From: Candidatus Poribacteria bacterium
Lineage (GTDB): Bacteria > Poribacteria > WGA-4E > WGA-3G
Direction: 5' to 3'
Length of the DNA stretch: 64,000 bases
Assembly: GCA_964291315.2 (NCBI GenBank)
Contig: OZ219750.1
Location: 512,001-576,000, forward strand
Position 1 is the first letter of the stretch, and the number at the start of each line of letters is the position of its first letter. The notes under the pieces were generated by a model. The model ran no database searches. It was not told the DNA's origin and worked only from the letters and a program-made list of their open reading frames with translations. This document shows, in pieces, positions 50,917 through 61,298 of the stretch. The position numbers and the translations under genes are program-made.

Positions 50917-52875
50917 ATGATTATCTTTCTACGTGAGAAATTTATTGCACAAATCTTTATGTGGGTAATTGCCATTGTGTTTTTAGTAGGAACCGTGTTC
51001 CTCTATAGCAACACGCAAGGCGGAGGCGAGGGCCCGGAAGGGGAAGTTGTTCTCAGGCTTGATGGGGCTGAAGTCAAACGGGGCGAGTTCGAAAACGCAG
51101 TCGCTAATGTTATGGAATCTCAGAGGCAGAATCAGAGATTCGGTGGTAATTCTGATAGAGAGCAGATGCAAAAATCGGTAATTGATCGTTGGGTACAACA
51201 GACGATTCTTGGAAGTGTAGATATCGCCGACGCGGACGTAAGACGTTACATTCGCGCCGATGCTGATCGGGTCCAGCAGTACAATCTTTCCGAACAATTC
51301 GGAGCTGCGGCCCTCTATACCGAGAATATCCGTCTACAACTCAGTTCTACTACACTCCTGGACAGTGTTCACTCTCTGGAATTGGTAACCGACACTGAAG
51401 CCGAGCAAGCATATCGACTTGAATCTGATAAAGCGAAAGTCAAGTTTATCGAATTTAAACATAGCGATTATACCTCAGCAGCCGTTGTTGATGATGCTGA
51501 AGCAGAAGTCTACTATGAGAAAAACGGGGAAAAGTATAAATCTGAGGAACAGGTAAACGTCAAGTTTATCAGGGTAAATCCTGCTGATTTTGTTTTAGAT
51601 TCAGATGTCGAGGCATATTATGAGGAAAATAAATCAGCATTTCTCACTCTTGAGGCTGTCAAGGCTCGCCATATTCTAAAGAAGTTTCCTAAAGAGGCAA
51701 CTGACGAACAGAAGGCGGAGGTTAAGGCGGCTGCGGAAGAATTGTTTAAAACCGTCAACGCGGAACTTGCAGCAGGGGCGGATTTCGCTGAACTCGCGAA
51801 AACACACTCGGAGGGCACTTCCGCAGCAATCGGCGGTGCATTAAAAGGGGCAAATCCAAAACTTCCTGCTGGGGACTATTTCGCACGCGGTGAAATGGTG
51901 AAACCCTTCGAAGATGCTGCATTTGATACATTGGCACCCGGAGAGGTGAGCGACTTGGTCGAAACGGAATTCGGATATCATATAATTAAATTGGAAGAGA
52001 AGAAGGCACCTGAAGTTCAACCTTTCGCTCAAGTTCAATATGAAATCCGACAGAAGTTGATTCAAGTTAGTGGTGTCGACGAGGCCAAAAGGATCGCTGA
52101 CGATCTGTTGTACGAAGTCGAGATTCAGGATTATGACGCTGCACTTACAAGCGAAGACTATAAGGTTCACGCACTTACTGTTTTAGAAACAGGGTTTTTC
52201 AGTCGTAACGTTACAACTATACCCCAAATTGGCGCAAGGTGGGGGTATGAGGGGTTAATCCAAGAAGTCTTTGATATGGAAGTCAATGTGATAAAGGTCA
52301 TTGAGGTGAAGGGGAGAACCGGTGAGGTAGAAGCCTACTTTGTTGCAACTGTCTTGGAAAAGAAACCAGCTGCTATTCCACCATTCGCTGAGGTAAAAAC
52401 GGAAGTCATTGAGGCGTTGAAGGCAGAGAAGGCGGAATCACTTGCCTTGGCAGATGCTCAAAGTCTACTCGATCAACGCGCCGATGCCAATTCTTTAGGG
52501 GAATTACTAAAAAAGTATGTCCCTCCTGAAGGCTTAACAGCGGATAGGCTCTCGGTACAGGAGAGTAACCTCTTCTCGCTCACCGCGAATGACAGCTATA
52601 TTTCTGGTATGGGGAATTCCACTCAAACGATGTTTGCGGCATTTCAGATGGAGCTAGATGAAATCGGGGGACCTTTCAAAGGCGATACTTCCGCGTACAT
52701 CGTTCAACTTGTTGAGCGGCAGGAACCGGATATAGAGGCGTTTGAGGTAGATCCTGCTGAAAAAACGCAACATCTTCAGACACTCATTCAGGCTAAGAAG
52801 CGAGAAACATTTTTGAATTGGTTTGCCTCACGGAAGAAAAGCAGCGAACTCTGGATTCACCCGGATTACCGTTAG
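50917..52875 (+). CDS. PpiD/SurA-like parvulin peptidyl-prolyl isomerase chaperone
   Basis: N-terminal TM; KARHIL, FAELAKTHS, MVKPFEDAAF, VETEFGYHII. Confidence 0.88.
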   Translation: MIIFLREKFIAQIFMWVIAIVFLVGTVFLYSNTQGGGEGPEGEVVLRLDGAEVKRGEFENAVANVMESQRQNQRFGGNSDREQMQKSVIDRWVQQTILGSVDIADADVRRYIRADADRVQQYNLSEQFGAAALYTENIRLQLSSTTLLDSVHSLELVTDTEAEQAYRLESDKAKVKFIEFKHSDYTSAAVVDDAEAEVYYEKNGEKYKSEEQVNVKFIRVNPADFVLDSDVEAYYEENKSAFLTLEAVKARHILKKFPKEATDEQKAEVKAAAEELFKTVNAELAAGADFAELAKTHSEGTSAAIGGALKGANPKLPAGDYFARGEMVKPFEDAAFDTLAPGEVSDLVETEFGYHIIKLEEKKAPEVQPFAQVQYEIRQKLIQVSGVDEAKRIADDLLYEVEIQDYDAALTSEDYKVHALTVLETGFFSRNVTTIPQIGARWGYEGLIQEVFDMEVNVIKVIEVKGRTGEVEAYFVATVLEKKPAAIPPFAEVKTEVIEALKAEKAESLALADAQSLLDQRADANSLGELLKKYVPPEGLTADRLSVQESNLFSLTANDSYISGMGNSTQTMFAAFQMELDEIGGPFKGDTSAYIVQLVERQEPDIEAFEVDPAEKTQHLQTLIQAKKRETFLNWFASRKKSSELWIHPDYR

Positions 52876-52965
52876 ATAAAAATTCAATATCGTGATAGGT
52901 ACGATTACGTAGAGCATCTAACTTGTTGAGACGGCACTTTTTCAGGTCAAAGATAGCAAGAGTTG

Positions 52966-54033
52966 TTAACTGAGGAGTTCGTAGAAGAAGTTGCGCCGTT
53001 TGGGCGTATACCCTAACTCGGTAATAGTTCTCTCAATTTCTTCAATCGGCATGCAATAGACAGTTCCGGCCTGGCTGACAACGTTTTCCTCTATCATTGT
53101 GCCGCCCATGTCGTTTGCTCCGAACTTGAGGGAAAGCTGCCCGATCTTGGGCCCTTGGGTGACCCACGAAGACTGGAAATTGTCGAAGTTATCCAAGAAT
53201 AGTCGAGATATAGCTAGATTTTTAAGGTATTCAAAACTGCCCGCTGGCGATATATGCTCCATACGAGTATTAGCCGGCTGTAGTGACCAGCAGATGAAGG
53301 CGGTGAATCCTCCGGTGTCGTCTTGCAAGTCCCGCAAACGCATGAGGTGCTCAACGCGTTCGGCATAGCTTTCTACATGTCCGTACATCATTGTTGCACT
53401 TGACTTGAGGCCGATCGAATGTCCTTGACGCATTACTTCCAGCCATTCGTCAGCTGTACATTTTTTAGGACTAATTTCGTTACGGGCATGTTCAGTGAGA
53501 ATCTCTGCCCCGCCGCCGGGGATAGAGTCTAGCCCCGCGGCTTGTAAGCGAATGAGCGTATCTCGCAGCGGCATACGGTTTATCTTGGCGAACCAGTCCA
53601 ATTCTGGCGGTGAAAATCCGTGAATATGGATATGGTAGTTCTCTTTGATCCACCGGAGGAGGTCTTCATACCAGTCGAGCTTTAGTTTCGGGTGCAAGCC
53701 GCCCTGCATGAGAATCATCTCGCCGCCAAGATCGATGGTTTCTTGAATTTTTTTTCCAAGTTCGTCGCGTTCCATGACATAAGCATCAGGGTCTCGACGA
53801 TGCCGGTAGAACGCACAAAAATCACAATCAACGTAACACCAATTCGTATAGTTGATATTCCTATCAATAATGTAGGTGATGTAACCTTCAGGGTGTTTCC
53901 GTTGGCGGACGATTTCTGCTGCGTGCCCCAAGGCGAGGAGGTCATGGCTTTTAAAGAGGATCAGGCAGTCGTCAAAATTTAAACGTTCGCCTGCGATCGA
54001 TTTTTCGAGAATAGGTTGGATGTTCGTACCCAT
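52966..54033 (-). CDS. mqnC: Cyclic dehypoxanthine futalosine synthase (radical SAM)
   Basis: DRNINYTNWCYVDCDFCAFY, MQGGLHP, SIPGGGAEIL, SSWVTQG, MIEENVV. Confidence 0.92.
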   Translation of the reverse strand: MGTNIQPILEKSIAGERLNFDDCLILFKSHDLLALGHAAEIVRQRKHPEGYITYIIDRNINYTNWCYVDCDFCAFYRHRRDPDAYVMERDELGKKIQETIDLGGEMILMQGGLHPKLKLDWYEDLLRWIKENYHIHIHGFSPPELDWFAKINRMPLRDTLIRLQAAGLDSIPGGGAEILTEHARNEISPKKCTADEWLEVMRQGHSIGLKSSATMMYGHVESYAERVEHLMRLRDLQDDTGGFTAFICWSLQPANTRMEHISPAGSFEYLKNLAISRLFLDNFDNFQSSWVTQGPKIGQLSLKFGANDMGGTMIEENVVSQAGTVYCMPIEEIERTITELGYTPKRRNFFYELLS

Positions 54034-54209
54034 TTAGAAGTTTCCTTTAGTTCATAAACATACGGATGTACAATCTAATATTTCAATTTTACCATTTTGA
54101 AAGCGGATGTGTCAACTATTCTATTATTTTAATTTGACTTTTTCAAAAAATTAGGTACAATATAATAGGGCCCTTGATCTAAACTTTGCCCTTAATGAGG
54201 AGAATATCA

Positions 54210-54563
54210 ATGAGTGCAGTGGTTTATAACGAGGATTTGGTGAAAACGGTGGAAAATAAATATCTTGCAGTGAATGTGATTTCGAAACGTGCGTTAGAAA
54301 TAAATGCCGAAGGTTTACCGCTTGTTCTTTCAAACGCAGCGGACAAAAAACAGAAGTCTGTCGCTATTGCTACACAAGAATTGATTGATGGGAAGCTTAA
54401 TTATAAGCAAGATGAAACGAAAGGGTCTGTTTCCGGTCCCCAAGTGCTTTTCAATACGGATCCCCGAGGCTCGGATGATGAAGACGAGATTTTCAGTGAG
54501 GAAACCGTTCATGAAGGAGAGCAGGATCCTTTTGAGGAAGAGGAACTTGAAGAAGGCCTCTAA
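54210..54563 (+). CDS. rpoZ: RNA polymerase omega subunit with acidic tail
   Basis: VENKYLAVNVISKRALEI...K.VAIA.QE; GAGGAG SD. Confidence 0.85.
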   Translation: MSAVVYNEDLVKTVENKYLAVNVISKRALEINAEGLPLVLSNAADKKQKSVAIATQELIDGKLNYKQDETKGSVSGPQVLFNTDPRGSDDEDEIFSEETVHEGEQDPFEEEELEEGL

Positions 54564-54617
54564 CCTCGAATCATCGGAAAGCATTTTCAATCCGAGGGCC
54601 ACTAAATACAAAATTGC

Positions 54618-54646
54618 TTGACAACCTACGATAAAATGGATATAAT
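54618..54646 (+). promoter_or_regulatory. Consensus sigma70 promoter of the tRNA cluster
   Basis: TTGACA-17 nt-TATAAT. Confidence 0.85.
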
Positions 54647-54661
54647 TGTAGTAAAATCTCT

Positions 54662-54733
54662 GCTGACGTGGCTCAATGGTAGAGCAAGTGATTTGTAATC
54701 ACTAGGTTGGAGGTTCGATTCCTCTCGTCAGCT
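54662..54733 (+). tRNA. tRNA-Thr(TGT)
   Basis: Cloverleaf; anticodon loop ttTGTaa. Confidence 0.96.
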
Positions 54734-54744
54734 TTTTATAATAT

Positions 54745-54826
54745 GGGGGTATGCTTGAGCGGTCAAAAAGGGCAGACTGTAAATCTGTTGGCTACGCCTA
54801 CGGTGGTTCGAATCCATCTGCCCCCA
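54745..54826 (+). tRNA. tRNA-Tyr(GTA)
   Basis: Anticodon loop ctGTAaa; long variable arm. Confidence 0.96.
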
Positions 54827-54870
54827 TTTGCTACCCTACTATATGAAAGTAGCAGGATTGTTGAGCTTAT

Positions 54871-54943
54871 GCGGGAGTAGCTCAGCTGGTAGAGCATTGG
54901 CCTTCCAAGCCATGTGTCGCGGGTTCAAGTCCCGTCTCCCGCT
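54871..54943 (+). tRNA. tRNA-Gly(TCC)
   Basis: Anticodon loop ctTCCaa. Confidence 0.96.
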
Positions 54944-54963
54944 TGTTGGTATTTTTTAGTTGT

Positions 54964-55039
<76 letters not shown>

Positions 55040-55065
55040 CTCACTGAAAGTAGAGCGTTTATATT

Positions 55066-55218
55066 ATGCCAAGAGACATTGTAACATTAGCATGTGATGC
55101 GTGCAATCGACGAAATTATGTGACAACTCGCAACCGTCGAACAAATCAGAGTCGGTATGAACGGAAGAAGTTTTGTCGGTTCTGTCGTAAGCATACGGCC
55201 CATAAAGAGACACGCTAA
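55066..55218 (+). CDS. rpmG: 50S ribosomal protein L33 (zinc-binding form; missed by the ORF track)
   Basis: MPRDIVTLACDACNRRNYVTTRN...KKFCRFCRKHTAHKETR. Confidence 0.97.
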   Translation: MPRDIVTLACDACNRRNYVTTRNRRTNQSRYERKKFCRFCRKHTAHKETR

Positions 55219-55286
55219 CTTCTTAATAGGCCTTGCTCGTGAAATTTTATCGTTGAAACTTGTGTATTGTCCTACGGAATTCTTGC

Positions 55287-55360
55287 AGGCCAGTAGCTCC
55301 AACGGCTAGAGCGTCGGTCTCCAAAACCGAATGTTGGGGGTTCGAATCCCTCCTGGCCTG
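55287..55360 (+). tRNA. tRNA-Trp(CCA)
   Basis: Anticodon loop ctCCAaa; usual position before secE. Confidence 0.96.
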
Positions 55361-55370
55361 CCTTTTAATT

Positions 55371-55808
55371 ATGATAACTCGTTTAAAAAAATACATTCAG
55401 GGAATTAGTCTTGAGTGGCAGAAGGTATCTAAACCTGATATGAAAGAGGTTCAGGGCAGCACCTTGACTGTCATTGTCGCCTCTGCTCTCTTAGGGCTTT
55501 TCATCGGTATAGTGGATGGTAACTCCTCTTTTCCTGAATGGCGTAGACCGTTAGGTTTAATTGTGTTGATAGCGCTTCCAATAGCCACCTTTATCTTTGT
55601 AAAGAGCTGGGAAAACCAACCTCAAAGTGCTAGAGCAGCAAAAACTGCCTCTGATGTCTCGTTTTTCGGAAATGAACGAAACCGAAAGTTGATAGCAACG
55701 GCAATAGCGGCTATTCCTTTAGTTGCCGTCCTTGTGAGTCAGTATCTCTTGGACACTTCTCTTGAAGGTTTCGGTATGGCTTTTCTCAGAACTCTCTTTA
55801 TTCGCTAA
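55371..55808 (+). CDS. secE: Preprotein translocase SecE with C-terminal extension
   Basis: EWQKVSKP..KEV..ST.TV...FIGIVD core; synteny tRNA-Trp-secE-nusG. Confidence 0.85.
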   Translation: MITRLKKYIQGISLEWQKVSKPDMKEVQGSTLTVIVASALLGLFIGIVDGNSSFPEWRRPLGLIVLIALPIATFIFVKSWENQPQSARAAKTASDVSFFGNERNRKLIATAIAAIPLVAVLVSQYLLDTSLEGFGMAFLRTLFIR

Positions 55809-55844
55809 CAACTTTGAGTTTTTACCGCTACAATTGACGTAATC

Positions 55845-56426
55845 GTGAATCAGAATATGGATGGATACTGGTACGTTGTTCAGATATATACAGGGCATGA
55901 GAAAAAGGTTAAACTCAGTCTTGACAACCTGATTGTACGAGAAGAGTTGCAGGACGAAATCTTACAGGTTAATGTTCCCGAAACCGAAGTGGTGGAGGTA
56001 AAAGATAGTCAACGTAAGGTTAGCGTCCGACCTTCCTACCCAGGGTATGTTCTTATTAATACCACCCACGAGCTGGGGCCACATGTTGATAGCCAGATAG
56101 GTCAGAAAAGTTGGTCACTCATACAAGAGACCCCAGGAATTATGAACTTCTTAGGCCCCCCTGGGCACCCATCGCCGTTGAGCCCTGAGGATGTTGAGGC
56201 GATGTTGCAAATGTCTACCGAAGAAGAAGTACTGCCAACCCCGCTGATTGAATATGAAGTTGGGGATAAGGTGAAAGTTATTAACGGTCCTTTCAGTGGG
56301 TTTCCGGGTGAAATTGAAGAAGTTGATATCGTGCATCACCGGTTACGTCTCAGTATTTCGCTTTTCGGGCGCTCCACCTCTGTTGATTTAGGGATGCTTG
56401 AAGTTGAACAATTGAACTCAAACTAA
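55845..56426 (+). CDS. nusG: Transcription termination/antitermination factor
   Basis: WYVVQIYTGHEKKV, YPGYVL, KOW motif VKVINGPFSGF, FGRST. Confidence 0.97.
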   Translation: MNQNMDGYWYVVQIYTGHEKKVKLSLDNLIVREELQDEILQVNVPETEVVEVKDSQRKVSVRPSYPGYVLINTTHELGPHVDSQIGQKSWSLIQETPGIMNFLGPPGHPSPLSPEDVEAMLQMSTEEEVLPTPLIEYEVGDKVKVINGPFSGFPGEIEEVDIVHHRLRLSISLFGRSTSVDLGMLEVEQLNSN

Positions 56427-56483
56427 ATAGTGTTTTCTCACAGGCGCACCATAGAATTCACAACATCTAAGACAGGAAAAATA

Positions 56484-56906
56484 ATGGCAAAAAAAGTTGC
56501 AGGTGAAGTTAAACTCCAATTGGTATCCGGACAGGCAACACCACAGCCCCCTGTTGGGCCGAGTCTCGCTCCCTATATGATTAATCTACAGGAGTTTATT
56601 AAATCTTTTAACGCCCAGACGCAGGATCAAACCGGGATGGTGGTCACAACTGTCGTCACTTGTTATAGTGATAGATCGTTTATGTTCACTGTAAAATCGC
56701 CGCCCGCTGCAATCTTATTAAAATCTGCGGCAAAGATTGCTAAAGGTTCAGGTGAACCGAATCGAAACAAGGTTGCCTCGGTCACAATGGAACAGATTCG
56801 CGAGATTGCACAAACGAAATTGCCTGATTTGAATACCACAGACTTAGACGCTGCACTGCGAATGGTAGAAGGTACTGCCCGCAGTATGGGGTTAACTATT
56901 GAATAG
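56484..56906 (+). CDS. rplK: 50S ribosomal protein L11
   Basis: MAKKV...ATPQPPVGP, GTARSMG. Confidence 0.98.
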   Translation: MAKKVAGEVKLQLVSGQATPQPPVGPSLAPYMINLQEFIKSFNAQTQDQTGMVVTTVVTCYSDRSFMFTVKSPPAAILLKSAAKIAKGSGEPNRNKVASVTMEQIREIAQTKLPDLNTTDLDAALRMVEGTARSMGLTIE

Positions 56907-56992
56907 CGTGTTTTAGGACGCACGAATTATGTAAAGAACTCGCTTTAAAACCGGACATATGGTAGAGAACGTCGTAATTATCGGAGAATGAT

Positions 56993-57691
56993 ATGGCGAA
57001 AAAAGGTAAGCGGTACAGAGAATTTAAAGAGCAGGTAGACAGACTCAAACTATACACGATTAATGAAGCTGTTTCACTTGTGAAAAAAACTAGTACAGCA
57101 AAATTTGATGAGACAGTGGATTTAGCATCGCGCCTCGGTGTGGACGCACGACAAGCAGACCAGAATATCCGCGGCACCGTAACACTACCTTACGGGACAG
57201 GTAAGTCTGTCCGGGTTGTCGTCTTTGCCCAAGGTGATCTAGCACGGCAGGCTGAGGAGGCTGGCGCGGATTTTATCGGAACAGACGAATTAGTGGATAA
57301 AATCGTTGATGGATGGCTTGGCTTTGACGCTGCAATCGCAACACCTGATTTAATGCGGAGCATTATGCCAAAACTTGGGCGTATTCTTGGCCCGAGAGGT
57401 TTGATGCCTAACGCCAAGGCGGGCACCGTCACAATGGATGTCGGCGATGCCATCGAGAATATCAAAGCCGGACAGATCGAATATAGGATAGAACGTTCCT
57501 CCGGCATTGTTCATGTTCCAATCGGCAAGGTTTCTTTCGAAGAAGAAAACATTAAAGGAAATCTCAACGCTGTGATGAGTGCCCTGGTTGCGGCTCGCCC
57601 TTCTGTGGTAAAAGGTAGATATATTCGGAGCGTGGCAATCTCATCCACAATGGGGGCCGGTATCCGGATAGATCCGCAGCAGTTTGTGTAA
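56993..57691 (+). CDS. rplA: 50S ribosomal protein L1
   Basis: AKFDETV, LGRILGPRGLMP, STMG. Confidence 0.98.
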   Translation: MAKKGKRYREFKEQVDRLKLYTINEAVSLVKKTSTAKFDETVDLASRLGVDARQADQNIRGTVTLPYGTGKSVRVVVFAQGDLARQAEEAGADFIGTDELVDKIVDGWLGFDAAIATPDLMRSIMPKLGRILGPRGLMPNAKAGTVTMDVGDAIENIKAGQIEYRIERSSGIVHVPIGKVSFEEENIKGNLNAVMSALVAARPSVVKGRYIRSVAISSTMGAGIRIDPQQFV

Positions 57692-57740
57692 GATCTACAA
57701 AAAGTTGAGACTATATCGAATATATTTCTATAACTGAAGA

Positions 57741-57893
57741 GTCGTAGACTGTAGGGGCCGCTGGCTTAATTACCTGCTGAGGCTTGAGTCGGATAGAGAC
57801 AATATAACGTTTCCTTTCTATATTGTTTGTGAAACTTCTGTGTTCGTCTTTTTCCCTCTTTGATGTAAGCCTCCAGCATTCTGGGGGCTTTTT
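57741..57893 (+). promoter_or_regulatory. L10 ribosomal protein leader with attenuator terminator
   Basis: cgtagactgtagg...ttaa...cctgctgaggctt resembles the L10 leader; terminator aagcctccag/ctgggggctt plus T-tract; gaggctt can pair with aagcctc as antiterminator. Confidence 0.8.
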
Positions 57894-57985
57894 ACATGTA
57901 ATTATATGTTCATTTGAATAGTTTGTGCGGAATTAAGAAACCATGCCACAACCGTTATACAACGAAAATGGAAAGGAGCTGACAC

Positions 57986-58552
57986 ATGCCCAACCAGGCA
58001 AACGTTCAGCAAGTAGAACAAATTCGAGCACTTTTTGATAGTGCAGATGTTGTTCTTTTAGCAGATTTTCAAGGACTTACTGTTGCAGAGGTGAATGAAC
58101 TTCGGAATCAGCTTCGTGCAGAAGGAATTGGGTATAAAGTCTGTAAGAATACATTAATAAACGTCGTTGCACAAGAGAGGGGTATTCAGGGGCTAGAGCC
58201 TTATCTGAAGGGAAACACAGCCCTCGCCACGAGTACAGATCCGGCGGCATCGTCAAAAATTTTACTCAACTTTGTTAAAGATCATGAGAATTTTCAGGTT
58301 AAAGGGGGGATTCTTGGGAAGCGAGTGATTGACGCGGCTGGCGTTGAAACCCTTCAACATATGCCTTCACGGGAAGTTATGATAGCTCACACCGTTGGGG
58401 CTATTAGCGCCCCCCTCACCGGACTTGTGAACACCTTACATCAAGGTTCACCGATTATGGGTATGATAAATGTACTCAGTGGAACGATACGTCAGGTAAC
58501 CTCTGTGCTAACACAGGTTGCCGATCAAAAGAAAGAGGCGGGCGCTGCCTAA
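57986..58552 (+). CDS. rplJ: 50S ribosomal protein L10
   Basis: DFQGLTVAEVNELR, KNTL; synteny. Confidence 0.96.
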   Translation: MPNQANVQQVEQIRALFDSADVVLLADFQGLTVAEVNELRNQLRAEGIGYKVCKNTLINVVAQERGIQGLEPYLKGNTALATSTDPAASSKILLNFVKDHENFQVKGGILGKRVIDAAGVETLQHMPSREVMIAHTVGAISAPLTGLVNTLHQGSPIMGMINVLSGTIRQVTSVLTQVADQKKEAGAA

Positions 58553-58681
58553 TCCGAGAGCGCACCGCACCTATGGTAAATATCGCGCGGAAACTGGATC
58601 ATGAAAACGTGATCCCGCGTTGTTTGATTTGATAACCTTTCACCAAGTTAATTTGGTGCTATTTACAGAGAGGATACAAAA

Positions 58682-59083
58682 ATGTCCGCAGATTTGGAAA
58701 AAATGATTGATGAGATTAGTAATATGACTGTTTTGGAGCTTTCCGAATTGGTCAAAGCGTTGGAAGATAAATTTGGTGTCAGTGCGTCAGCCGCTCCAGC
58801 ATTTGCTATGCCGGGGATGATGCCTGCTGCAGCTGCTCCGGGCGCGGAAGAAGCTGCTGAGCCGGAAGAGAAAACGGAATTTGACGTTCAACTCAAAGAT
58901 TTTGGTGGAAAGAAAATTCCGGTTATCAAAGAGGTTCGTGCTATTACTGGGCTCGGCTTGAAAGAGGCTAAAGAGAGGGTCGAATCCGTGCCCGTTGTCA
59001 TTCAGGAAGGTGTCTCCAAAGAAGATGCCGAAAAAACAAAGGAACAGCTCGAAGCACTCGGCGCTACAGTCGAGATTCTCTAA
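58682..59083 (+). CDS. rplL: 50S ribosomal protein L7/L12
   Basis: [34 protein letters not shown]. Confidence 0.98.
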   Translation: MSADLEKMIDEISNMTVLELSELVKALEDKFGVSASAAPAFAMPGMMPAAAAPGAEEAAEPEEKTEFDVQLKDFGGKKIPVIKEVRAITGLGLKEAKERVESVPVVIQEGVSKEDAEKTKEQLEALGATVEIL

Positions 59084-59128
59084 GTCTATACGTACAGACC
59101 TTGTGTGCTAAAACTGCACATAACAGGC

Positions 59129-59204
59129 AAACCCATTATGGTTCTTCAGCATGGCGATGCACAAATCCATCGTGCTACGGCGAGCTATAATGGGTTTCGT
59201 TTTT
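59129..59204 (+). terminator. Long hairpin after rplL (probable operon end)
   Basis: aaacccattatggttc / gagctataatgggttt 16 bp stem with an inner stem, then a T-tract. Confidence 0.6.
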
Positions 59205-59275
59205 CGTAATAAGTAAACTCTTCAAGTGTAGGCATAATTTAGACGGTGCTTACCTGAAATTATCAATCTGCTCAA

Positions 59276-60118
59276 ATGTTCAGTATAATCGACGTTTTTT
59301 ACCTTGTTTTCAGCCAGCTGGCTGTTGGGGGGTTTGTCCTCCTTTTCTTAATACCAAACAGGTTAGTAGGTGCAAACTTCTATCGCTTGATGGGGGGGAT
59401 CTACCTACTTGTTATCAGTTTGGCGCGCTGTGCAAACCTTGCCCTTTATGAGCAGCCTGTCACATTTCTTAACTTTTTTCGATATTGGCAGAACCCTGAA
59501 TCCATTTCTCTCGTTATTTTTTTTCTCATTGTATTTATTTATACATTGGTTTGGTTTTTCAAGATACCTGTTCTCACGCGGATTCTTTTTTCTGGAGGCG
59601 TAATTTCCGGGGTAGCATTGATTGTTTTGAGTGCCCAACGCTACCTTCAGCTTATTCAAATCCCTGGGACAATGTTTCTGGTACCGCTTCAGTTCTCAGT
59701 GGCGGCGGCTCTGCTTGGTGTTGTTCACACTGGCATGTGGTTCGGACACTGGTATCTAGTGGTGCCGGATTTACCCGTGATCTACCTGAAGAGATATAAT
59801 ACCGTCTTGCTTTATACCGTTTTAAGTATGGCACTTCTACTCTGTCTGAATCTCTTCTTCAGACAACGAGCTACAAATATTGTTTCTTTTAATCTCTTTT
59901 ATCAGATTATTTTCAGTATGCGGCTTCTCATAGGTATCGGTGGGACGCTATTTCTCTATTTTATTATATGGGATTGCTTACGCCCTAAATCCGTCGCTCG
60001 CGATGAACTTGGCGCGACCCGTGCTGCGACTGGCTTCCTTTTCATTGCTATTATCACGGTTTTCCTTGGTGAGTTCTGCAGTCGGTTGTTGTTTTTAGAG
60101 ATGCGGTTTATCCTCTAA
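59276..60118 (+). CDS. Hypothetical polytopic membrane protein
   Basis: About 8 TM segments; GHWYLV, AATG..F motifs. Confidence 0.75.
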   Translation: MFSIIDVFYLVFSQLAVGGFVLLFLIPNRLVGANFYRLMGGIYLLVISLARCANLALYEQPVTFLNFFRYWQNPESISLVIFFLIVFIYTLVWFFKIPVLTRILFSGGVISGVALIVLSAQRYLQLIQIPGTMFLVPLQFSVAAALLGVVHTGMWFGHWYLVVPDLPVIYLKRYNTVLLYTVLSMALLLCLNLFFRQRATNIVSFNLFYQIIFSMRLLIGIGGTLFLYFIIWDCLRPKSVARDELGATRAATGFLFIAIITVFLGEFCSRLLFLEMRFIL

Positions 60119-60214
60119 TTAATTCTTGTACTCTATATAGAATTTCATTGTAATTTAAATTGAAATATGTTAAAATAATAATATGTGTTATAAGTTTTAA
60201 GGAGGCATACCGTA

Positions 60215-61285
60215 GTGAAATCTCAAATCTTTTATGAACCCGAATCAATGAGTCTTGAAGACAGACCGGTACCGGCACCGGGCGACAATGATCTGTTAGT
60301 TCAAGTGCGTTCAGTAGGCATCTGTGGTTCAGATGTCGCATACTATTTCGGTAATAGCTCACTTGAGACTGATGATGGTAAAGGTCCACTTATCCTCGGG
60401 CACGAATTCACTGGCGAAGTCGTTGAAGTTGGCAATGAGGCAGGAACAACTGGTGGATTTAAAATCGGCGACAGGGTTGTTGTTAACCCTGTCCAATCGA
60501 ATCCTGATTCTTTCTGGAGCAAGAAAGGTTTGTCCAACCTGTGCCCGGAGAAACGCGTCCTCGGTGTAGGCGTTGATGGCGGTTTCGCCGAATATGCGGT
60601 TTCTGACTACCGTTGGACGGTCAAATTGCCGGATAACGTTACTTACGACCAAGGAGCGCTAACAGAGCCTCTAGCCTGTGGGCTCTATGCTGTCAACAAC
60701 CTTAATGCTGAAGAAGAGCAAACTGTTGTTGTCTTTGGGCCTGGACCTATCGGTCTGATGATGGTACAAGTCTTGAAGAGCCGCGGATTGAAAACCGTGC
60801 TGCTTGTTGGAACCCGCGATTATCGATTGGATTGTGGTAAGTCGCTCGGGGCAGACGTAGTTATCAACGTTGGTGATACGAACTCTCCACATTACGTTGA
60901 AGATTTGGGAGCTGCAATTCAGGAACTCAATAACGGAGAATTGGCAGACCGCGCGATTACAGCGACCAGCTCCCTAGATGCTATTCACTCCGCTTTAGAG
61001 ATCACTGGTAGGCACGCGACCGTCGTTATCTTCGGACTCCCTGGCGATACAGATGTCATGCAGGTTCCAATCCTTGATACCATTCTTATGGATAAAACCA
61101 TTAGATTCTCTTGGCTTGCACCGGATACGTGGGAAGAAGCGGTACAACTCATTTCGAGTAGTGATGTAGATATGGACAAAATTATCAGCCATGAGTTCTC
61201 ACTTGAATCGCTTGTTGAAGGGATAACGAAGGTACGCAACCGAGAAGAGGGTTGTACAAAAGGGATAATAAAAGTCTCTGCCTAG
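60215..61285 (+). CDS. Zinc-dependent alcohol/sugar dehydrogenase (MDR family)
   Basis: GICGSD, LGHEFTG, GPGPIG. Confidence 0.92.
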   Translation: MKSQIFYEPESMSLEDRPVPAPGDNDLLVQVRSVGICGSDVAYYFGNSSLETDDGKGPLILGHEFTGEVVEVGNEAGTTGGFKIGDRVVVNPVQSNPDSFWSKKGLSNLCPEKRVLGVGVDGGFAEYAVSDYRWTVKLPDNVTYDQGALTEPLACGLYAVNNLNAEEEQTVVVFGPGPIGLMMVQVLKSRGLKTVLLVGTRDYRLDCGKSLGADVVINVGDTNSPHYVEDLGAAIQELNNGELADRAITATSSLDAIHSALEITGRHATVVIFGLPGDTDVMQVPILDTILMDKTIRFSWLAPDTWEEAVQLISSSDVDMDKIISHEFSLESLVEGITKVRNREEGCTKGIIKVSA

Positions 61286-61298
61286 GCTGATAAGTAAC

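Noticed and set aside
55260-55370. N-terminal extension of secE in the ORF track
   Set aside because: Overlaps tRNA-Trp; the start is ATG 55371.
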